A stretch of 64,000 nt of DNA from NCBI GenBank assembly GCA_038087875.1, contig CM075991.1:10728001-10792000 (forward strand), in the 5' to 3' direction. Of the stretch, positions 25,101-38,596 are shown piece by piece. The notes under the pieces are model-generated. The model was not told the origin of the DNA. It did not search any database and saw only the letters and a program-made list of their open reading frames with translations. The translations under genes were made by a program, and so were the position numbers. The stretch's first letter is position 1, and the number at the start of each line of letters is the position of its first letter. Source of the DNA: Malacoraja senta. Lineage: Eukaryota.

Positions 25101-28100
25101 CCAACCCGTACGTCTTTGGGATGTGGGAGGAAATCAGAGCACCGGGAGGGAAACCCATAGGGCCACAGGGAGAAAGGTGGAAATTCCACACAGACTGCAC
25201 CAGAGGTCAGGATCGAACCCGGGCCCTCTGGCGCCATGAGGCAGCAACTCTACCGCTGCGCCAATGTGCCCCCACGCACACCCCTTCCGCTCCCTACACA
25301 TTTGGGGCAATCTCTACAAACCTGCATTGTTTTTGGGAAGTGGGATGAAGCCAAATGAAACACGCGCGGTCACATAGAAACATAGGAAACATAGAAATTA
25401 GGTGCAGGAGTAGGCCATTCGGCCTTCGAGCCTGCACCCACCATTCAATATGATCATGGCTGATCATCCAACTCAGTATCCCGTACCTGCCTTCTCTCCA
25501 TACCCTCTGAACCCTTTAGCCACAAGGGCCACATCTAGCTCCCTCTTAATATAGCCAATGAACTGGCCTCGACTACCCTCTGTGGCAGAGAGTTCCAGAG
25601 ATTCACCACTCTCTGTGTGAAAAAAAGTTCTTCTCAGCTCGGTTTTAAAGGATTTCCCCTTATCCTTAAGCTGTGACCCCTTGTCCTGGACTTCCCCAAC
25701 ATCGGGAGCAATCTTCCTGCATCTAGCCTGTCCAACCCCTTAAGAATTTTGTAAGTTTCTATAAGATCCCCTCTCAATCTCCTAAATTCTAGAGAGTATA
25801 AACCAAGTCTATCCAGTCTTTCTTCATAAGACAGTCCTGCCATCCAGGAATCAGTCCTGGTGAACCTTCTCTGCACTCCCTCTATGGCAATAATGTCCTT
25901 CCTCAGATTTGGAGACCAAAACTGTACGCAATACTCCAGGTGTGGTCTCACCAAGACCCTGTACAACTGCAGGTCACAGGGAGAACGTGCAAACTCGCGC
26001 GGACAGCACCCGCGATCAGGATTGAACCTGGGTCTTTGGCGCTGTAAGGCAGCTACTCTACCGCTGTGTCGCCCCCCTACGGTCTTGGAATTGCAATGCG
26101 TACATTCCTCATGTCGCTGCCGAGTCATAAGGCACACAAACAGGCTCTTCATGTCAGCAATGGAGCGACTTGAACACTTACTTGCTGAAGTCAAACAGCA
26201 GCTTTTCGAAGACGAGGATGGGGCCAGTGCTGCTCAGGATGGTGAGCGGCTGCCCAGCGAACAGACAGAAGATCGCACCGTAAACGCAGTGCCCAGGAAA
26301 CTCTCAATCACGCCCTGCACGGCAAAAAGCAAAGTCTTGTTATCCTGAAGTTTTCGTCACTTGGTTGGTGTTGACATGGCTGATCATCCCACACTCAGTA
26401 CCCTGCCCCTGCCTTCTCCCATATCCCCTGGCTCTATCTAACTCTCTCTTGAAAGCATCCAGTGAATTATCCAGTGAATTGGCCTCCACTGCCTTCTGCG
26501 GCAGAGAATTCCACAGATTCGCAACACTCTGGGTGAAATCATTTTTCCTCATCTCAGTCCTAAATGTCTTACCCCTTATTCTTAAACTGTGGCCCCTGGT
26601 TCTGGAATCCCCCAACATCGGGAACATGTTTCCTGCCTCTAGCGTGAGGTCAAAACCTAGGTTTAAAGTGAAGGCGGGAAAGATTTAATAACTTTTTTAC
26701 ACAAAGGGTGGTGGGTGTATGGAATGAGCTGTCAGAGGAGGTCGTTGAGGCTGGGACTATCACAATGTTTAAAAAACATTTAGACAGGTACATGGATAGG
26801 TCAGGTTTAGAGGGTTATGGGCCAAGCGCGGGCAAGTGGGACCACAGAGTAACGGCATGGTCTGAAGGCTTGGTCTGAAGACTTGAGGTGCACACTTGTC
26901 CCTAAACCCTGTCTTCCTAATGTAGACAAAAATGCTGGAGAAACTCAGCGGGTGAGGCAGCATAACTTTAAAGGCGAGGCCCCTGTTGAGAACAGGAGTG
27001 AGTTCTGTGTGAGGAAAAGGGGTCAGAGCGGATGGTAAAAACACAAGAGTGGGGTTGAGATCACCCTCCCCGACTCTGTCTGATGAAGGGTCTCGACCCA
27101 AACGTCACCTACACATTTTTGTCCAGAGGTAGACACAAGTGCTGGAGAAACTCAGTGGGTGCAGCAGCATCTATGGAGCAAAGTAAATCGGCAACGTTTT
27201 GGGCCAAAACCCTTCTTCAGACTGATGTAGGGTTGGGGCGGGGAGAAGAAAGGAGAAAGGAAGAGGAGGAGCCCGAGGGCTGAAGGAGAGCTGAGAAGGG
27301 GAGGAGACAGCAAGGGCTACCGGAAATTGGAGAAGTCAATGTTTATGCCGCTGGGGTGCAGACTGCCCAAGCGGAATATGAGGTGCTGCTCCTCCAATTT
27401 CCGGTGGTGCTCACTCTGGCCATGGAGGAGACCCAGGACAGAAAGGTCGGATTTGGAATGGGAGGGGGAGTTAAAGTGCTGAGCCACAGGGAGGTCAGGT
27501 TGGTTAATGCGGACCGAGCGGAGGTGTTGGGCGAAGCGATCGCCAAGCCTACGCTTGGTCTCACCGATGTAGAGCAGCTGACATCTAGAGCAGCAGATGC
27601 AATAGATGAGGTTGGAGGAGGTGCAGGTGAACCTCTGTCGCACCTGGAACGACTGCTTGGGTCCTTGAATGGAGTCGAGGGGGGGAGGTAAAGCGACAAG
27701 TGTAGCATCACCTGCGGTTGCAAGGGAAAGTGCCCGGGGAGGGGGTGGTACGGGAGGGAAGGGAAGAATTGTCCAGGGAGTTACGGAGGGAGCGGTCTTT
27801 GCGGTAAGCAGACAGGGGGGGGAGATGGGAAGATGTGGCGAGTGGTGGAGTCACGTTGGAGGTGGCGAAAATGACGGAGGATTATGATAGACTCAAAATG
27901 CTGGAGTAACTCAGCGGGTCAGGCAGCATCTCTGGATAGAAGGAATGGGTGACGTTTCGGATCGAGGCCCTTCTTCAGACTGAGCCTGGAGCTGAGGACT
28001 CGATATTCCAGTTGACAACAATGAGAACAAACGTGAGTCTAAACAATTCATGCATCACCCACCCAGCGCATACTATGGCATCTGATTCTGTTCATACTTC

Positions 28101-30923
28101 AAGCACTGCGGCTGAATGAAATGGAACATAACGTTCATTTCCAAGGCCACTTCTTACAGTTGAGGAAGGCCACATGCCCACTCAAGATATCCTTTCGGTA
28201 CAAAACCTCCCGCCCTCACACAGAAGCACAAAGTGAACCAGGATAACACTCAATCCGCCTCCTGAGGGAATGACGACTGAACACCAGATCAGTTCAGTTT
28301 ATTGTCACGTGTACCGAGGTGCAGTGAAAAGCTTTTGTTGCGAGCTAACCAGTCAGCAGGAAGACAGTACATGATTACAATCGAGCCTTTTACACTGTAC
28401 AGATACATGATAAGGGAATAACGTTTAGTGCAAGGCAAAGCCAGCAAAGTCCGTTCAAGGATAGTCTGAGGATCACCAAAGAGGTAGATAGTAGTTCAGC
28501 ACTGCTCTCTGGTTGTGGTAGGATGATTCAGTTACCCGATAACAGCTGGGAAGAAACTGCCCCTGAATCTGATGGTGTGCGTTTTCACACTTCTATACTT
28601 TTTGCCTGATGGGAGAGGGGAGTAGAGGGAGTGGCCGGGGATGTGACGTCCTTGATTATGCTGCTGGTCTTGCCGTGGCAGCGCGAGGTGTGAATGGAGT
28701 TGTGCAGAAGGCAGCATCTCTGGAGAGGAGGAATGGGTGGCGTTTCGGGTCACGACCCTTCTTCACGCCCACACTTGCCTCACCCCACCTCACCCCCATG
28801 CCCACAGTCGCTCCCCATTCACCACGTACATGTCTCTCACCCATCTCATGCCCACGCTAACATTGCGGCCACCTCACCACCAGCCCTGACCCCAGGACCA
28901 TGGTTCCAACCGGGCTCTCTACATCCCCACGAGGGACGTAGAGCGTCCTTGTAGCCAGGGTCCGGAGGGCAAGGAGCACCGCCACTCCACCTGGGGTCTG
29001 CAAGGGGAGGAGTGGCTGCTGTCAGTGATCGAAGGACTGGTGACGGGATCTAGGGAGTAGGTAGGGCTGGTTGGGTTGCTCCTAGTCCTGGCCAAGCTGA
29101 CCATCCGCGAGTCATGGCGCCAGGCAGTAGAGGGCTTTGCCCGAGCCCTTTACCGGGGTTGTATAGTAGTTATTAGTATATTTGTAAAATAGTTGTTTGA
29201 TGATGTAGATAGGGTGGTAAAGAAAGCTTTTGGTGTGCTGGCCTTTATAAATCAGAGCATTGAATATAAAAGTTGGGATGTAATGTTAAAATTGTACAAG
29301 GCATTGGTGAGGCCAATTTTGGAGTATGGAGTACAATTTTGGTCGCCTAATTATAGGAAGGATGTCAACAAAATAGAGAGAGTACAGAGGAGATTTACTA
29401 GAATGTTGCCTGGGTTTCAGCAACTAAGTTACAGAGAAAGGTTGAACAAGTTAGGTCTTTATTCTTTGGAGCGCAGAAGGTTAAGGGGGGACTTGATAGA
29501 GGTCTTTAAAATTATGAGCGGGTTAGACAGAGTTGATGTGGATAAGCTTTTCCCATTGAGAGTAGGGAAGATTCAAACAAGGGGACATGACTTGAGAATT
29601 AAGGGACAGAAGTTTAGGGGTAACATTAGGGGGAACTTCTTTACTCAGAGAGTGGTAGCTGTGTGGAATGAGCTTCCAGTGGAAGTGGTGGAGGCAGGTT
29701 TGATGTTATCCTTTAAAAATAGATTGGATGGGTATATGGACGGGAAAGGAATGGAGGGTTATGGTCTGAGTGCAGGTAGATGGGACTAGGTAAGAAGAAA
29801 GAAGGGGAAAAAAAATAAAAATTTAAAAAAAGTGTTCGGCACGGACTTGAAGGGCCGAGATGGCCTGTTTCCATGCTGTAATGGTTATATGGTTTTATAA
29901 CATGGTGGTGGGTATGTCACCACAATTTTGTTTTTTTGGGTTTTTGCATCATGTTGAAATTAAATAAATGACTTTTTGATACAAAAAAAAAAAGGGAGAG
30001 ACCCACAGTTCATTGTTACGTTCCCTTGTTTAGGACCTGGTGGGCTTCTCTTAACCACTAGAGATGATCATCTCCTTGTTAAGTAGCATCCTCAAAAATG
30101 GCCAATGTTTAAATAAAATTGCCAGGGATCTTGTCAAAGGGAGTTGGTTGCACATCCTCCAGTTGGATATCTGCTCGGAATGCTACTGTTCATAGTTTGG
30201 GTTAGTTGAGGTTAGAGATCCAGCACGGAAACAGGCCCTTCCGGCCCACCGGGTCCGCGCCGACCAGCGTTCCCCGCACACGAGCATTGTCCCACACACA
30301 CCAGGGACAATTTGTAATTTTACCGAAGCCAATTAACCTACAAACATGCACGTCTTTGGAGTGCGGGAGGAAACCGAAGCACCTGGAGAAAACCCACGCA
30401 GGTCACAGGGAGAAGGTACAAACTCCGTACAGACAGCGCCCGTAGTCAGGATGGAACCCGGGTCTCTGGCGCTGTGAGGCAGCAACTCTACAGCCGTGCC
30501 GCCCGTGTTTGAGTGGTTGGGTCGGGTGAGGGGCGCGGCGCCCACCTTACCTGGTAGCTGTCTGTGGCATCGCCCAGTAACCCGCCAAAGGTGATAGCGT
30601 TGGTGATGCAGCCCAGGTAGATGAAGAGGATGGTGGAGATGGACTGGATGTGGAAGCCGTCGTAGAAGTCGCTGGACATCCAGGGTAGCTTCCTCTTGAT
30701 GTCCAGCAGAAGACCTCCACAGAACCTGCGCCCAAGGAGAAGGAAGGAAGGTGAGGAAACAGGTGCACGAGTTGGGGTAATCATGTTCAAAAGTGATAGG
30801 AGCAGAATTAGGCCATTCGGCCCATCAGGTCTACTCCACTATTCAATTATGGCTGATCTATTTCTCACTCTAACCCTATTCTCCTGCCTCCTCCCCATAA
30901 CCCCTGACACCCGTACTAATCAA

Positions 30924-30964
<41 letters not shown>

Positions 30965-31235
30965 CCCATCCACCCATCCACCCATCCACCCATCCACCCA
31001 TCCACCCATCCACCCATCCACCCATCCACCCATCCACCCATCCACCCATCCACCCATCTACCCATCCACCCATCTACCCATCTACCCATCTACCCATCTA
31101 CCCATCTACCCATCTACCCATCTACCCATCTACCCATCTACCCATCTACCCATCTACCCATCTACCCATCTACCCATCTACCCATCTACCCATCTACCCA
31201 TCCACCCATCTACCCATCTACCCATCCACCCATCC

Positions 31236-31282
<47 letters not shown>

Positions 31283-34200
31283 CATCTATCTATCTATCTA
31301 TGTATCTATCCACCTACCCATCTATCCATCTATCCATCTATCCATCGATCCATCCATCCATCCATCCATCCACCCATCCACCCATCCGTCTATCAGTCTA
31401 TTTGTCTATTTGTCTATCTATCTATCTATCTATCTCTGCCTTAAAAATATCCATTGACGGCCTCCACAGCCTCCGAGGCAATGAATTCCACAAATTCACC
31501 ACCCTCTGACTAAAGAAATTCTTCCTCATTTCCTTCCTCAGGGATCGGCTCCTCCAGCCAGCTCTGCCCTTCAGTAAGATCAGGGCAGATCGGACATTGG
31601 CCCTAGTATCACCTACCCACACCCTCCACATGTCCCAGACTCCCCTGTAGCTCAAATGTCTGACATAGACATAGCCTTAAATAAACATAGAACGGTAGAG
31701 CACAGGAACAGGGCAGCCCAGTGGTGCAACGTTAGAGCCGCTGCCTCACAGAGAACCCGGTGCGATCCTGTCCACGGGTGCTGTCTGTGCGGAGTTTGCA
31801 CGTTCTCCCTGTGACCGCGTGTTTTTTTTCTCCTGTTTCCTCCCACATTCCAGAGGTGCAATGGGATAGAAACAAGAAACCGCAGAAGCTAGTTTACAAA
31901 AATAGACACGGCTGGAGTGACTCAGCGGGTCAGGCAGCATCTCTGGAGAAGATGGATAGGTGACGTTTTGGGGTGGGATCCTTCTTCGGTGGGGGAGGGG
32001 AAGAAAGCTGGAAGAGAAGAGGGACAAGTGATAGGTGGATACAGGCTGGGAAGGGGGGTTGATAGGCAGATGGTTGGACAAAGGCCAGCGAGGAAAAGAC
32101 GGAATGTGCGAGACAAAAGGATCGAAGAGGTGCAAATTGTGAAGCTGGAGGAAGGAATCATAGGTGGAAGGGGAGGAGGGAAATCGATGCAAGTCCAGGT
32201 GGATTTCAGGGAAGCGAGGGGGGAGGGTAAAAAGAAAGGGGCGGTGAAGGAAGAAGTGGGAGAAGGGAGTTCTTGTGTAGTTACGTACAATTGGAGAATT
32301 GAATGGTCATACCTTAGGGTTGTCAGCTACCAGATGGTGCTGTTCCTCTAGTTTGCGTGTGGCTTCACTCTCGATGCGTGCCTTGTGAGATTCCTTCAGG
32401 AGGTTATGGACTTCCCCAAGTCATTCCCCCTCCCAGTTAATAGACCTCAACTAACGCAACGATTGGACAGGAGTGTTGGCGACCGATGTACGAGGATGTT
32501 GCCAAGTCTCGAGGGCCTGAACTTTTGGGGAGAGGTTGAGCTAGCTAGGACTCTATTCCTTGGAGCACAGGAGGATGAGGGGTGATCTTATAGAAGTGTA
32601 TAAAATCGTGAGAGGAATAGATCGGGTAAACGCACAGAGTCTCTTGTCTAGAGTAAGGGAATTGAGAACCAGAGGACATAGGTTTAAGGTGAAGGGGGGA
32701 AAATTAAAAAGGAATCTGAGGGATTCATGCAAAGGGTGGTAGGTGTATGGAATGAGCTGCCGGAGGAGGCATGTTTACGAAACATTTAGACAGGTACATG
32801 GATAGTGCAGGTTTCGAGGGACATGAGCCAAACGCAGGTAGATGGGACATGTTGGCCGGCGTGGGCAAGTCGGGCCGAAGGGACTGTTTCCACGCTGTAT
32901 GACTGTCTGAGTCAGCCATGATCATATTGAATGGCGGTGCAGGCTCGAAGGGCCGAATGGCCTACTCCTGCACCTATTTTCTATGTATCTATATCAGTGC
33001 ATGGAGGGAGAGGCACGGACAACCTAACCAGGACGACTGAGTTAAATACCTTCCAGTCCACATCAACTCTTCCCCGAGCTCATGCGGTACAGGCATCTCC
33101 TCATCATCGCTTCCCCCGCCACATCCCGCTGATCCGTTCATCTGGCCCGCTTCGTTGAGAGAGTAGACGGACTTCCTGTGGCAGAGACGGAGAGGCAACA
33201 GGTCAGGCAACACGAGGGAATCAGGCTTGGTGGAGAGGCAGCACGGTGGTGCAGCGGTGGCGCAGACTTACACCGCCACAGACCCGGGTTCGATCCCGGT
33301 TTCATCCCAAACTCCAAAGACGTACAGGTTTGTAGGTTAATTGGCTTGGTAGGGTAGTGTGTGTAGGGTAGTGTTAATGTGCGGGGATCGCTGGTCGGCG
33401 CGGACCCGGTGGGCCGAAGGGCCTGTTTCCGCGCTGTATCTCTGAACTAAACGAGACTAATGAAGCCCATACCTCTTCTCGGCTGGTGTCACTTTCTTGG
33501 GAGGCTCGATCCGGATCTTGGGGTCCCATTCACCAGGAGGAAGGACGATGACCTCATCGAGGAACTCGTCAATGCCTGCGATCAAGTCATCTCTGTCTCT
33601 TGCCTTGTAAGCCACGTCACTGAAGAGCTAGAAACCAACACAACCATGGTGGAGTGTGAACATCAACCAGAATAGACCGCAGGAGATGTATTCAAGAGAG
33701 CCCCACTTACGCGACTCATAGGTCATTGCAGGTTTGCGGAAAATGTTGCAAACTCAGCGGCGACCAGAAAGACGCTACGACTCTTTGGGCGACTGAGGAG
33801 ACGACTCACGACCATACAGGCCACATGTCGCGGGGTGAAGCCTGTATGGTCGTGAGTAGTCGCCCAAAAAGTCGTAGCGTCTGGTTCTGGTCGAACATTT
33901 TGTTCATGTTGAACATTTTCTGCGACCTGCAACGACCTAGGTCAGGTGCTGGTAAGTCGACGAAAAAGTCACGTAAGTGGGACAGGCCCATTAGATATAG
34001 CTCTTGGGGCTAACGGAATCAAGGGATATGGGGAGAAAGCAGGAACAGGGAATTGATTTTAGATGATCAGCCATAATCATATTGAATGGTGGTGCTGGCT
34101 CAAAGGGCCGAATGGCCTTCTCCTGCACCTATTTTCTATGTTTCTATGTTTCAAGAATGCAATATGTTCCTGCACAGCAGAGGTCCACAACTCGTATCCA

Positions 34201-37200
34201 TCACACACATACAAGTTAAAATATTGGGGCGTTCATTGGGGCGATAGGATATTTTTTATTCTTTGGGATTTGGAAGGAAACTGGTGCACCTGAAGGAAGC
34301 CCAGAGGGGGATCATGCAAACTCCACTTAGACAGGGCTGGAGGTCAGGATTGAACCCTGGGTCACTGATGCTATGAGGTAGTGGTTCTACCTGAGCATCA
34401 TTGTGCCGGCTATCCACAAGTGCAGGACGGACAAAGGTTTGGCATGTTGCTGCAAACCCCTTGCTTTGTCCTCTCTTGGACAACCATTGCTCTTTTCTAA
34501 CATCGTCAGGCAATTCCCTTTGGACAAAATGTCACCCTCCAATTCCCGTTGACCTTGGACAAAATGTCACCCTCCATCCGCATGACACGAAGTCTGTAGA
34601 AATTACCTTAAAACATCGGCTAAACCCATTGAGAAGGCCCTGTGAAGTGACTCAACACAGATTGACGAGGTTGGAATGTCTGCCTCTCTCTATTCACCCT
34701 TTCCATAAGTCTATAAGTTCTAGGAGCAGAATTGGGCCATTCGGCCCATCGGGTCTACTCCGCCATTCAATCTATCTTTCCCTCTCAACCCCATTCTCCT
34801 GCCTTCTCCCCATAACCCCTGACACCCTTACTAATCAAGAATCTATCAATCTCCGCGTTAACAATATCCATTGACTTGGCCTCCACAGCCATCTGTGGTA
34901 ATGAATCCCACAGATTCACCACCCTCTATTCCTTCTCCTCTCATTTCTAAAGGTAGGTCATTTTATTCTGAGACTATGGCGTCTGGTCCTAGACTCTCCC
35001 ACTAGTGGAAACATTCTCTCCGCATCCAATCTATCCAGGCCTTTCACTATTCGGTAAGTTTCAATGAGGTCCCAATTCATCCTTCTAAACTCCAGCCCGC
35101 AACTCAACACTCGACGCTCCAAACTCGACACCATTTCTTACGGAGTTTAGGTCGATCACTCACATCATCCACCATAAGAGTGGCCATAGCTCTTCCAATC
35201 TCGCTGTAAGATTTGCCTTTTCCTTGGGGGCCCAGCAGAATAAAAATAAACCTGTTTGCAAAAAGAGGTTAATAAGTTAAAACCATGACCATAAAACCAA
35301 ACAATTTCATTGCGCTGGGAAGAGGAGTTAAAGGGTGACTATTATGGGCTGCATAACCATTGGACTGAGTTTGCATTTGGCTCGACACCATCTAAAAACT
35401 CCTCAGCGAGAGCGAATTGCTTTCCCAATACTGTTGACCTGTGGGTAGCCACTGAGTGAGGTCATAGGTTAATTGATGCTTGTGTCATTGGCTCAGCGGC
35501 GAATTAACCTTGCAATCAGATGTGGTGACTACTGGGGAGATGGTGCTTTTTGGGACCAAATTATTGGCTGCTACGATGCTGGAAACTTTGGATGATCAGC
35601 CATGATCAAGTCAAGTCACTTTTATTTATATAACACATTTAAAAAACAACTCTCGTTGGCCAAAGTGCTTTACATTGGTGGAGGTACTAATGTTATACAA
35701 CAGTGGTTCATAGATTAAGTACATACATAAATACATACATATAGCCCTCCCTCAGAGGACGTCAAGAAAGGCTTGAGAGTAAAGATGAGTTTTAAGTCTC
35801 GACTTAAAGAAGTCGATGCAGGGGGCAGTTCTGATGGGAAGAGGGATGCTGTTCCACAGTCTAGGAGCTGCAACCGCAAAGGCGCGGTCGCCCCTGAGCT
35901 TATGCCTAGACCGCGGGATGTTCAGTAACCCCAAGTTGACCGATCTGAGGGACCTGGAGGTGGTGTGGTGGGTAAGCAGACTTTTGATCATATTGAATGG
36001 CTCGAAGGGCTGAATGGCCTACTCCTGCATGTATTTTCTATGTTTCTGTGTTTCTATATTCTAATTTAGTTGTTTCCTACTAGTGTGGTGTTGCAATGGG
36101 ATTCACTGACTGCTCCCTATCTAGAGCGATACCTTGTTGGTACGGCCACCTCTGTCAGCCCACCCAACATGGTTGGTTGCAGGAGACGGACAAAAGCGAC
36201 AAAGGGTTTCTCCAGGAAGTCCACTTCTCCCACCAGGATGTTTGAGGCTTCCGAGTCGCGAGGTATCTTCTTCTTGAACTTGTTCTTGAGCTGTGAGGAA
36301 TGAAAGGTGTTAATGAGTGGGAGTTTGGACTTTGTATGAAGAAGAAGGGTCTCAACCCAAAACGCCACCCATTCCTTCTCTCCAGAGATGCTGCCTGTCT
36401 CGCTGAGTTACTCCAGCTTTTTGTATCTGTCTTCTGTAAGAGAGAGACATGCTTGACTCTCAAGCTGCTGAACGCAGGGAGCCAAGCCTATATCATCGGA
36501 GTCTCTGGCAAGCTTTGCACAGATATTGGCCTCTGCGAAAGGATTTTAGTATAGGAGCAGGGAGGTTCTACTGCAGTTGTACAGGGTCTTGGTGAGACCA
36601 CACTTGGAGTATTGCGTACAGTTTTGGTCTCCTAATCTGAGGAAAGACATTCTTGCCATAGAGGGAGTACAGAGAAGGTTCACCAGACTGATTCCTGGGA
36701 TGGCAGGACTTTCATATGAAGAAAGACTGGATAGACTCGGCTTGTACTCGCTAGAATTTAGAAGATTGAGGGGGGATCTTATAGAAACTTACAAAATTCT
36801 TAAGGGGTTGGACAGGCCAGATGCAGGAAGATTGTTCCCGATGTTGGGGAAGTCCAGAACAAGGGGTCACAGTTTAAGGATAAGGGGGAAGTCTTTTAGG
36901 ACCGAGATGAGAAAAACATTTTTCACACAGAGAGTGGTGAATCTGTGGAATTCTCTGCCACAGAAGGTAGTTGAGGCCAGTTCATTGGCTATATTTAAGA
37001 GGGAGTTAGATGTGGCCCTTGTGGCTAAAGGGATCAGGGGATATGGAGAGAAGGCAGGTACAGGATACTGAGTTGGATGATCAGCCATGATCATATTGAA
37101 TGGCGGTGCAGGCTCGAAGGGCCGAATGGCCTACTCCTGCACCCTATTTTCTATGTTTCTATGTTTCTGCTGCGCTCCATAGTGTCCCATAAACAGCTAG

Positions 37201-38520
37201 CCGGCTTGCCATGGTGCGACAGCATGGAGCGTGGTCAGGAATGTGCATGCAGGACTAAGCCCCATCCTCGTGATCCCAGTCAATAGCAATCTGCTGCTTC
37301 ATAATCTGATTAACAATTTAAAAATGCAGCATAATTTATTGTAACTAAACAAAGGTGAATCAAACTTCAATCCGTTGTTTTTCACACCCAAGGTATGCAG
37401 TGGGCAGGGGCTATAGACCTGCACGGGAAGGTAGACGCTCCCGCCCCCACGAGTCTCGGGCAGATGGGGCTCGTCAGCCTGGGAAGGCAGTCCATCTCGG
37501 AGAGAGAAAACACTGATTTAAAACCTCCACTGCCTTGTGGCCATATCCGGTCATGGAAAAGGCCCCAGGAGTAAACCTCAAGAAAATCCGGAGTCGGAGC
37601 CCCTAAGGCAGTTCGTCGCTGGTGCCAAACTGTAACGGCCCCGCTGTTCCTTTGGATCGATCAACGACGTGGAGAGGGGGAGACGTGCTGCATGGGCAAC
37701 AGCCTGTCCTCCATATGACATCGCCCATGCTTGCATCCGACCAGGATGCATCACCCACGGTCAGTCATGACCGAGAGGGGCCTACTAAAGTATGCAAAGA
37801 GTGGCCACATAAAGGGCGCCGACTAATTTACAACATATCTCACGCCAGGTCCTCCTTTGTTGTAACCCCCCCCCTCCCTCCCTCCCACTGAGTAATGGTC
37901 TCTGTTCTCAGTCTCGGTGAGTAACTGCGGGGTATTAAATAATTTAACCGAAATGGGAATGAAAGTGCACTTCCTTAAAGTTGAAAACTATTGAAGAATT
38001 GAGGGGGAAAAAACCCCATTGCAGGATACAAGTTAACTCGCCACGCTTGGTATTTACCTGGTCAGTGCTGGGAGTGTCTGCGATATCATTCATGCTTCTG
38101 CTTTGAGCATGTCCTATAATGATAAAGAAGGCACAGAGGTTAGTTTGAAATTCGAGGGACAATTGAGGATAAGGAACCATCGTAACACAGGAGCTTGGTG
38201 AGGGTGGGGGGGGGGGGGGGGTTGGAATTGGGGAAGAGGCTTCAAGTTGCCGGAGAGCGGCACAGTTTCGACATCAACCAAAGGAGGGGGGTGCATGCAC
38301 GGGAGCTGCATGCAACGCCTGCATCTTGGTTACCCGGCCACCGGGTGAGGTGGGCTGGTGACTTACGTAGCCGGCCATAACTGGAAGATTGCCTCATCCC
38401 CAAGTCCTCAGTGGAGCGGTAATTGTTTGCCCGAGTGCCGGGTGATCGGCTGGGGCTCCGAGCTGCAGGTCACTCAATAATTCAAGCAGTTAGTAAGGGA
38501 AGAAATACACATATATACAG

Positions 38521-38596
<76 letters not shown>

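Noticed and set aside
24220..26314. slc4a5 as a pseudogene
   Set aside because: Lesions are confined to homopolymer runs in one 2-kb zone where repeats show the same defect; all other exons and splice sites are intact
30696..31457. 253-aa ORF, the longest in the track
   Set aside because: Reads through a compound microsatellite, antisense to a real exon
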